A DNA stretch of 26,507 nucleotides from Bdellovibrionota bacterium. GTDB taxonomy: Bacteria > Bdellovibrionota_C > UBA2361 > JBGSMV01. Location of the stretch: assembly GCA_044356455.1 (NCBI GenBank), contig JBIKWF010000058.1, forward strand, positions 1 through 26,507, read 5' to 3'. The notes beneath the pieces are model-generated. The model saw only the letters and a program-made list of their open reading frames with translations, did not search any database and was not told the DNA's origin. Below, one piece after another: positions 17,876 through 26,507 of the stretch; within the stretch, counting starts at the first letter, position 1; every line of letters begins with the position of its first letter. The translations under genes were made by a program, and so were the position numbers.

Positions 17876-18140
17876 GGCTCCTATCTTTTCATTTTGCGTC
17901 TCTGGGAGCTATCGTTCAGCAGCGTTTGGAGTCGCGCTTTTAGCTCGTGGGAGTGGTAAATTACCCAAATTGTTCGGGAATCTTGGTGCGCAGGGGATTG
18001 GCCCCGCTGCCCAATGTAGCCCAAGGGGGCATTTTTCAACGATCCATGGCGGCTTAAATCTTCTTAGAGAAGAGCTGCCGAGGAGCGCCCCCTGTGATAT
18101 TTCACCCCCCTAGGATAATCTTTCGGTCAATTTGTAACGT

Positions 18141-19637
18141 ATGGGTATGCCAGCAGAAAAAGATTCTACACCGCCCCAACCGGACTCGGTGCCTGCCTCT
18201 TCGCCGACTCCTGCCGCAGGTACTCCCGTAGATGTGCGGGCCCTTATGGCCGAGATAAGGGAGAAGGTGAAGCGGAGCCTTGCGGAAGGCGGCCGGGACC
18301 GCCCGCAGCTACGACTTCACCAGGCAGATCAGAATGCACAGGCTTCAAGGAAAGCAGGGGAGCTCCTGCATTCCGAAGAGCTGCGCTTCTTGAATACCAA
18401 TTATTCATTCAGCGCAAAGTTAAGCTTCGATTCTCTCGCAAGTCATCGTCCAGGGGTCATCGGGCGCGCTATCGTGGCTGCGAAGCGCAAGCTCATTCGA
18501 ATCATTTTTGATTCATTGCTTAAAGACTATTTTGCTGCTGAGCGTGACTTTAATGCCAATGTCGTACGCTTTCTTAATGACGTCAGTAAATATGTTGATG
18601 CGCGCGACGCCTCAAACTTCTGGGAACTTATTCGAAAGATTGACGTCGATACCACCAAGGCCATGGAGCGCATCGAGCGTATTAGCGACGAGCATATGGC
18701 ATCTCTGCGCTCAAGCGAGAAGCAGTTACTCGAAGAACTCTATCGTTCTCTTGGTGAGGTGAATGGGCATCTTACCAAGCTCCAAGGTAGTTCCGAGAAA
18801 CATGAAGTCGCCCTCCAGGCAGTAGATAGCGTGGCGCGAGGTATTGAAGGGGCTCTGGCTAGAATCTCCAAGACTTCTGAAAGTACCGCGGGCGCTTCGG
18901 CTATGCAGTCGTCTTCTGCGGTGGTGGCGTCGGGAAGTGTGCCGGATCAGTCCTATTTAATGCTTGAGAATCGCTTTCGCGGAAGCGAGGCCGAGATTTC
19001 AAAGCGCATGCAGGTCTATCCTCCGCTCTTTATGCGAGCTTCGCTGCCAGTCCTCGAGATTGGACCTGGAAGAGGGGAGCTGCAGCTTTTATTTAAGGAG
19101 CTTGGAGTTTCCTCCTATGGCGTCGATATGGATGAGGCCATGGTGGAATGCGCCAAGGAGCGCGGAGTTGATGCGCGTCTTGGAGATGGGCTTAAGCATC
19201 TGGCAGAGATCCCGGACAGATCGCTAGGCGGCGTGATTGCTATTCAGGTAGTTGAGCATCTTACGCGCACACAGCTTCATCAGCTGATGGAACTATGTAG
19301 CAAGAAAGTAGTTGCAGGCGGGAAGGTGGTTTTTGAAACCATCAATCCGCAGTCGGTTACTGCTCTTTCTTCGAATTATTTCCGCGATCCTACCCACGTG
19401 TGGCCGCTACACCCCGATACGCTTTCCTACATGATGACGCTGGCAGGGCTTGACGTGAAGGAAGTGCGCATGTTGTCTCCGGTTTCTGACGAAGCCCAGC
19501 TTAAGCCCGTGCCGGTGCACGAGTATATGACTCCACGCTGGATGGAAACGGTGGGGGTGTTTAATCGCAATATTGCGCAGCTTAACGCGCTGCTTTATGG
19601 CCACCAGGACTACGCCGCTATTGCTGAGGTGCGCTAA
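18141..19637 (+). CDS. Class I SAM-dependent methyltransferase with N-terminal coiled coil (glycan chain-end methyltransferase-like)
   Basis: ENRFRGS, VLEIGPGRGE, QVVEHL, FETINP, DPTH; helical coiled-coil N-half; stop overlaps the next start (TAATG). Confidence 0.88.
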   Translation: MGMPAEKDSTPPQPDSVPASSPTPAAGTPVDVRALMAEIREKVKRSLAEGGRDRPQLRLHQADQNAQASRKAGELLHSEELRFLNTNYSFSAKLSFDSLASHRPGVIGRAIVAAKRKLIRIIFDSLLKDYFAAERDFNANVVRFLNDVSKYVDARDASNFWELIRKIDVDTTKAMERIERISDEHMASLRSSEKQLLEELYRSLGEVNGHLTKLQGSSEKHEVALQAVDSVARGIEGALARISKTSESTAGASAMQSSSAVVASGSVPDQSYLMLENRFRGSEAEISKRMQVYPPLFMRASLPVLEIGPGRGELQLLFKELGVSSYGVDMDEAMVECAKERGVDARLGDGLKHLAEIPDRSLGGVIAIQVVEHLTRTQLHQLMELCSKKVVAGGKVVFETINPQSVTALSSNYFRDPTHVWPLHPDTLSYMMTLAGLDVKEVRMLSPVSDEAQLKPVPVHEYMTPRWMETVGVFNRNIAQLNALLYGHQDYAAIAEVR

Positions 19638-20782
19638 TGGCCTCAATTCTTGTGCTCGGTGTAAAAGTTCCCTTTACGAAGGGCGGACAGGAAGTTCTCG
19701 TTCAGACTCTTGTCAAGGAACTTAAGGCGCGTGGACATGAAGTTGACGTCGTTGAACTTCCCTTTACCCCTGTGCCCAAAGAGCGACTTCTTGCGCAGGC
19801 AGCGATGTGGCGTTCGGTAGATCTTACCAGCTTTGCGGGGAAAGAGGTCGACTTAGTCATTGCCACGAAATTTCCGAGCTATTATGCCCGGCATCCCCGA
19901 AAGAGCCTCTGGCTCGTGCATCAGCAGCGTCCTCTCTATGATCTTTATGGCACCCGCTATTCTGATATTTCAGATGACCCTCGTGATGAGGCGCTGCGCC
20001 GCATGCTCATCGATGGAGATACCAAAGTAATTGGCGAGTGTGTCTATAGGTCTGGAATTTCAAAGAACGTAGTAACGCGGCTCCAAAACTATAATGGTCT
20101 TAGTGCGGAGACGCTCTATCCTCCTCTGCCCCTTGCGGGAAAGTATCGCTGCGAAGCAGTCCCAGAAGAGCCTTACATTCTCTCAGTAGGTAGAATTTGT
20201 TCTATCAAGCGTGTTGACCTGATGCTTAAAGCGCTTCCGATTATTCACCCTTTCGTTAAGCTCAAAATTGCAGGCACACCAGATGAGCCCGGCATCATGG
20301 ATTACCTCAGTAATGAGATAGATAAGCATCACCTCTGGGAGCGCGTGCAATTTCTTGGACGCGTGAGTGATGATGACTTACTTAGTCTCTACGCCAAAAG
20401 TCTTGCGGTATATTACGCGCCCCATAACGAAGATTATGGTTATGTCACCCTTGAAGCGATGGCTTCGGGTAAGCCTGTGATTGCCGCTCATGATAGTGGC
20501 GGCGTGCTTGAGTTTGTAAAACACGAAGAAAATGGGCTTATCCTAGAGCCCACCAGTGATGCGATGGGGCATGGCGTCAATCGCTTGGTCGAGGACCGCT
20601 CTTTTGCGGAAAAGTTAGGGAAAGCAGGACTCCGCTTCATAGAGGAAAGTGGGCTTAACCAGGCGGGCTGGGACAAGGTAGTAGAGAGGCTACTTTCGCC
20701 GCTAGACGAAACTTCAGGTAAGGAGTCCCTTGCGGCACAAGCTGTGCATGGAAGTCCTCAAGAATCGCTGGGAGCTTCGTAA
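19637..20782 (+). CDS. Glycosyltransferase family 4
   Basis: GGQE N-terminal motif, ATKFPSY, KRVDL, EDYGYVTLEAM (EX7E). Confidence 0.92.
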   Translation: MASILVLGVKVPFTKGGQEVLVQTLVKELKARGHEVDVVELPFTPVPKERLLAQAAMWRSVDLTSFAGKEVDLVIATKFPSYYARHPRKSLWLVHQQRPLYDLYGTRYSDISDDPRDEALRRMLIDGDTKVIGECVYRSGISKNVVTRLQNYNGLSAETLYPPLPLAGKYRCEAVPEEPYILSVGRICSIKRVDLMLKALPIIHPFVKLKIAGTPDEPGIMDYLSNEIDKHHLWERVQFLGRVSDDDLLSLYAKSLAVYYAPHNEDYGYVTLEAMASGKPVIAAHDSGGVLEFVKHEENGLILEPTSDAMGHGVNRLVEDRSFAEKLGKAGLRFIEESGLNQAGWDKVVERLLSPLDETSGKESLAAQAVHGSPQESLGAS

Positions 20783-20798
20783 AGAGCAGGTTAAAGAG

Positions 20799-22238
20799 AT
20801 GCCCCTTTCTCGCAATCACATCGTGCCAAACGCAGAGAAGAAGTTGCGTGTTGCCTGGTTCTCTCCCCTTACCACCCGGAGCACCTCGCCTGCGGCCTAT
20901 GTTTCGCACGTGCTGTTGCCTCTACTAAAGAAGCGCTGCGAAATTGAGCTTTTTCACGATAGTTTTGATCTTCATCCCGATTTCCCTACTTTTCATTATC
21001 TGACAGCGTGGGATCGGCACCGCCAGAATCCTTATGATATTTTCTTCTATCACCTTGAGGATCATAGGCGCACGGCCTTTGCGCGTATTCACCTAGCGCT
21101 CAAACCTGGACTCGTGTGGTTCCATGATTTGCTCCTTACTGACGATGGTCCCGAGCCAATTCTCAATAGCGCATGGGAGCGTGTAGTCGAAAAGTTTCAA
21201 GTAGCCACTACTCCTTGGCCAGAGCGAGGGGAGGAGTTTAAGAGGCCACGTCCCCACGCGGTGCGCGAAGTGGGCGTTGGTGGAATTCCTCTTTTTTCTT
21301 CTGAGAAGGATCTTAAAGAGTACCACTTGCTTGCCGCGCGTTCGGGCCGCGGCAAGGGACTTGCGTTCACGCATCCTTATTCGGAAATTTTGCAGACTTC
21401 TTCGGCAGAGCCCCTTGGGTTTTTTGTGCCCTATCCTGTCGCGACCGACTCGGTTGAGTTTAGCTCCCCAATTGGCACGGTGACTTCGCGCCCCTTCACC
21501 CTCGGGCTCTCTGCCGCTCCTGGAATTGAGGCGCGAGTGCCAGCGATTTTGGAAGGGCTAAAGCGCCTCAGTCCTCAAGGCCGTCCTGTGCAGCTAGTCT
21601 GGCTTGTTGAAGATGCGAAGGAGCAAGCTCTTGCAGAGGGCATGCTTAAAGATTTTGGGGTAGAGGGACTCTGTGTGTGGGGCGACCCACGTGCAGCGAA
21701 AGAACCTGCAACCAGAGAATCTGCGCAGTTCGGGCGCGGGCCTGCCGAGTGGAGCCGAGTACTCCCTTGCCTCGATGCGGCGCTGCATTTGCACTTTAGT
21801 GTGTTTGGGCAGCCAGGCCCCGCACTTGCGCTCTCGATGATGCATGGTCTTCCATGCCTCGTGAGCGATTTTGGCGGGAGTGATTTTTTACCTGAAGATG
21901 CCGTCATAAAAATTCGAGCCGGGGCGGGTGAAGCTCAAGAGATTGCCGGTGTAGTTGAGCGGCTAAGGTCGGGCGCGGTTCTTGTCGACCGAGCGCGAGT
22001 TTCCGCGGTAGCACTAGAAAGGCATGCGGCGGAGCAGATTGCTGAGGAGCTTTTTACTGCAATGCAGCTGTCCCTTCCCGTTGTTAAGCAGCTCCAGGCG
22101 CGCTGGGATAGGCTTGAAGGTGAGGCGTCCCGGGCGCTTTTGGAAGAAGTCGCGCCGCGTGCCCGGTCGTGGTTTGATAATGAACGGGACCTTGTTTTGA
22201 AGACGCCATTTTCTGAATTCGGATGGGGGAAACTCTAG
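20799..22238 (+). CDS. GT-B/GT4-like glycosyltransferase, divergent
   Basis: VAWFSP, DIFFYHL, PGLVWFHD, MMHGLPCLVSD; ATG 20799 preferred. Confidence 0.75.
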   Translation: MPLSRNHIVPNAEKKLRVAWFSPLTTRSTSPAAYVSHVLLPLLKKRCEIELFHDSFDLHPDFPTFHYLTAWDRHRQNPYDIFFYHLEDHRRTAFARIHLALKPGLVWFHDLLLTDDGPEPILNSAWERVVEKFQVATTPWPERGEEFKRPRPHAVREVGVGGIPLFSSEKDLKEYHLLAARSGRGKGLAFTHPYSEILQTSSAEPLGFFVPYPVATDSVEFSSPIGTVTSRPFTLGLSAAPGIEARVPAILEGLKRLSPQGRPVQLVWLVEDAKEQALAEGMLKDFGVEGLCVWGDPRAAKEPATRESAQFGRGPAEWSRVLPCLDAALHLHFSVFGQPGPALALSMMHGLPCLVSDFGGSDFLPEDAVIKIRAGAGEAQEIAGVVERLRSGAVLVDRARVSAVALERHAAEQIAEELFTAMQLSLPVVKQLQARWDRLEGEASRALLEEVAPRARSWFDNERDLVLKTPFSEFGWGKL

Positions 22239-23482
22239 TGGCCAAGCGCTATCTTTTTGTGGTCCCGCGTTACGGCGAGAAGGTAGGCGGCGGTGCCGAG
22301 ACGTTAGTACGAGAGGTTGCGGAGCGCTTAGCTTTGCGCGGAGATACTATCGAGGTCTTTACTACCTGCGCGCTAGATAACAGGACTTGGGACAATGTAC
22401 TTCCCGAAGGCAGGTCCACGGAAGGGGGAGTGGTCGTCAGCAGGTTCCCTGTGGACGCGCGTAGCCTTGATATTTGGGTGCCCCTGCAAATTAGAATTAG
22501 TGAAGGCATGCTGCTTACTCCCGATGAGCAGCTCCAGTGGCTCGAGCATGGTGTTAACTCCTCTGCGCTCTATGCCGAACTCCACCGTAGATCGAGTGAA
22601 TTTGCGGCTTGTTTTTTTGCGCCCTATCTTTTTGGCACCACGTTTTTTGGATCTCTCGTAGACCCAGGGCGCTCCGTGCTGATTCCTTGCTTGCACGATG
22701 AGCACTATGCCTACGTGGACGTTATTCGGAGCATGTTTCGCCTTACGCGAGGCTGCTTGTTTAATGCGGCGCCCGAGATGGATCTTGCGCGCGGCCTCTA
22801 CGGGCACCTAACGGGCGGCGAAGTGGGGATGGGCTTTGACCCATTCCCTGCGAAGTACGTTTCTGAGCTTACGCCCTATTTTGAGGACGCCTCTCCTTAT
22901 GTGCTTTACCTTGGCCGAAAGGAGACTGGGAAAAATGCCCACGTGCTCGTCGATAACTTCATGGCCTTTAAGGATGGTCTTGCAGAAGGGGCGCCAGGAA
23001 AGAACCTCAAGCTAGTGGTGGTTGGCGGCGGCTCGTTTGCCGATCTGTATAGGCCTCAGGCTCTAAACCGTTCCGATATTGTTGATCTCGCTCACGTATC
23101 GGAGCGTGATAAGCATCGCCTGGTAAAGCATGCGCTCGTGCTCTGTCAGCCCTCCACCAATGAGTCCTTCTCGATTGTTCTTATGGAGGCCTGGCTCCTT
23201 GGAGCTCCTGTGCTCGTGCATGCGGGATGCCCGGTGACTAGGGCGCATGCGATTGAAGCGGGAGGTGGGCTTTATTTTGGCGATGCTGAAGAGTTCTCAG
23301 CGGTGCTCGGGCAACTTCTTGCTGACGAGGTGAAAAGCTCTAGCAGTTTAAGAGCCAGACTTTCGGCAGGGGGCGCGGCCTACGTGCGCTCGAAGTATGA
23401 CTGGGCTGAAGTGCTTGCCCGGTTTGACAGGGTAGTGAAAGAGATTTTCACCGAAGCGCCCGAATCAATTGCGGCACGCTAA
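22238..23482 (+). CDS. Glycosyltransferase family 4
   Basis: VVPRYG..GGAE, TTCA, PCLHDE, YLGRKETGKN, ESFSIVLMEAW (EX7E); GTG overlaps the upstream TAG. Confidence 0.92.
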   Translation: MAKRYLFVVPRYGEKVGGGAETLVREVAERLALRGDTIEVFTTCALDNRTWDNVLPEGRSTEGGVVVSRFPVDARSLDIWVPLQIRISEGMLLTPDEQLQWLEHGVNSSALYAELHRRSSEFAACFFAPYLFGTTFFGSLVDPGRSVLIPCLHDEHYAYVDVIRSMFRLTRGCLFNAAPEMDLARGLYGHLTGGEVGMGFDPFPAKYVSELTPYFEDASPYVLYLGRKETGKNAHVLVDNFMAFKDGLAEGAPGKNLKLVVVGGGSFADLYRPQALNRSDIVDLAHVSERDKHRLVKHALVLCQPSTNESFSIVLMEAWLLGAPVLVHAGCPVTRAHAIEAGGGLYFGDAEEFSAVLGQLLADEVKSSSSLRARLSAGGAAYVRSKYDWAEVLARFDRVVKEIFTEAPESIAAR

Positions 23483-24838
23483 GAAATTGTTAACCTCCTC
23501 CATGATCATCTGCGCTATGGCTGGACCTTCCCTGTGAAGCGCAAGGGGTGCCTTTTCAAACCCCTCGCTCCTCAGCCAAGAAATGGAAAGCATCTCAATT
23601 TCCATGATCAGCCCATCGCGAAGAGTTCTTACGTCCCCAGAAGAGGGCAATGAGTTTTCAATCACACGTCGAATCCGAGTCATGCTCTCGGATATTCGCA
23701 AGATATCGCGGGGGGCTAGCACAGGTGTCACACCTGCATATGTCACGTTTCGACAGTGGCTTACCTTAAGGGCGACTTCTGCTAGTTCGAGTTGGTGACT
23801 CGGTAGTTGCCCTTGAGAACTTTGTCCTTGCCTAAGATAGCGGCGCAAAGCACCGAGCTTAGCAAAAAGAGTCTGCGCTGCGTTTGTGTCCTGAGAGTGA
23901 GTTACTACGGCACCGAGCTCGCGGTACAATTCTTCAAACCGCTGAAAAGCTGCCTCTATCGGAGAGGAAGAAGCACTCAAGGCACTCTTGGCAGCAGTAT
24001 CCTGACCTGGCTCGGCGTCTGCGCTCCCCGATAAAGAAGCGATTTCGAGGCTGCCTCCACATTCGGGGGCAGCGCCAAGAGGTAACGAGGAGGCGACATG
24101 GGGCACTGCAAGTGAATCAGGCAGCACCTCTAAAGGGGCTAAGCCTGCCTTTGATGAAGCCTGAGAAAACTTAGGGGCTTCTCTCGGTGTGCGCATAGCG
24201 AGGTCAGGTGGGCCGGAGAAGTGCGGCATTCTAAGCTCCTGAGCTCTTGTGCTTAAATTTTTCGAGGATGCCTTATTAGGAGAGGATGGCCCTCGCGCTT
24301 CAATGCCCGAAACTCTCTCGTGCGCGCGGACGGGGCGCGGTGGATCTGACGGCGGATCTTTTTCAGGATGCACAATTTTTCTGGGGAGGGAGGTGCGGGG
24401 TACTTTGCGAGGGGGAGGTCTAAGTGACTCAAACAGGTCTTGGAAAGTCTCTCTTTCGGGCTGGCAATCCTGGGGGGCAAGAGGAGGGGGCTCATACCCA
24501 AAAAGGGTAGACGGAGTTTTTTCCTGGCATCCAATGGCATATTCCCTGGCTGCCACACAAAATCTTGCAAGACCGTCCCCCGCTTTGGGGCTTAGGCGAA
24601 TGGTCCCGGATGCAAGATGAGCAAAGCTAAAATCATCAAGCAGGTCCCGCGAGGAGAGACTAAGGATATCAGCAGAGGAAATCCCGTCCTCCCTTAACAG
24701 CTGAAAAGCCTGGACCCCGAGGGTTCGTAATTCATTTGGTAGTTTCTGCTTAAGGTTGTCCAGCTCGGGATCCGTCCACGGGCGCTGGCCTCTTTGCCTT
24801 GGGCCTGCCGATTTTGATAGCTCTGCACCGTATGTCAT
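23465..24838 (-). CDS. Hypothetical protein: SAM/alpha-CTD-like N-terminus, Pro/Ser-rich linker, helical C-terminus
   Basis: 457-aa ORF with GAGGAG RBS on the minus strand; converges on the GT gene with an 18-bp overlap. Confidence 0.7.
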   Translation of the reverse strand: MTYGAELSKSAGPRQRGQRPWTDPELDNLKQKLPNELRTLGVQAFQLLREDGISSADILSLSSRDLLDDFSFAHLASGTIRLSPKAGDGLARFCVAAREYAIGCQEKTPSTLFGYEPPPLAPQDCQPERETFQDLFESLRPPPRKVPRTSLPRKIVHPEKDPPSDPPRPVRAHERVSGIEARGPSSPNKASSKNLSTRAQELRMPHFSGPPDLAMRTPREAPKFSQASSKAGLAPLEVLPDSLAVPHVASSLPLGAAPECGGSLEIASLSGSADAEPGQDTAAKSALSASSSPIEAAFQRFEELYRELGAVVTHSQDTNAAQTLFAKLGALRRYLRQGQSSQGQLPSHQLELAEVALKVSHCRNVTYAGVTPVLAPRDILRISESMTRIRRVIENSLPSSGDVRTLRDGLIMEIEMLSISWLRSEGFEKAPLALHREGPAIAQMIMEEVNNFLACRN

Positions 24839-24948
24839 AGGGCACTCCTCTTACAAAAGTGCGGCCCAGTCTGACCCCCCAAAACCCGTGCTATCCTATG
24901 GCAGATAAAATAGGAAGAGGAACAGTTGGATGGTTAGAAATTTGTTAG

Positions 24949-25052
24949 GGAGTATCTGAAGAATCTGCTACGCGTAATCTGCGTCCTTCGCGTTATTCAA
25001 TGCTTCTCAATAAACGCTGACTACGCGCAGCGCTGGATTTCTGAGAAGCGCC
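24949..25052. mobile_element. Degenerate family B-like element, copy 5
   Basis: TTAG-GGAGTATCTGAAGAATC ... GATTTCTGAGAAGCGCC-CTAG; core CCTTCGCGTTATTCAATGCTTCTCAATAAACG resembles the copy 4 core CCTCCGCGTTATTTAATAGTTTTCAAATAACG. Confidence 0.45.
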
Positions 25053-25056
25053 CTAG

Positions 25057-26507
<1,451 letters not shown>

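Noticed and set aside
17526..18113. 195-aa plus-strand ORF and other long antisense ORFs (e.g. 1211-1780, 9720-10247)
   Set aside because: Shadows of well-supported genes on the opposite strand, with no recognisable motifs

Overview
Bacterial chromosomal window, about 54% GC by eye. The gene content (carD-ispD, DUF1844, sigma-54 promoter) fits a deltaproteobacteria/Bdellovibrionota-like organism; this is inference only. The housekeeping backbone is partial pyrD, tgt, carD, ispD, an MBL hydrolase, an ECF sigma, an ABC exporter, a diheme cytochrome c, tsaD, rsmA and partial ligA. A SAM methyltransferase plus three GT4 glycosyltransferases form a glycan cassette. Three large orphan ORFs are interspersed: a possibly permuted DHH-like protein, a divergent sigma-70-like protein fused to about 4.5 tandem ~81-aa repeats (directly downstream of an excisionase/BldC-like HTH gene), and a protein with an N-terminal SAM/alpha-CTD-like domain. 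Other notable points: Tgt is fused to an MnmC/MnmD-type methyltransferase, the cytochrome appears to have non-Met distal ligands, and two families of non-autonomous MITE-like elements sit at CTAG/CTAA sites, often at stop codons and twice in tandem. No tRNA, rRNA, CRISPR array or transposase was recognised.
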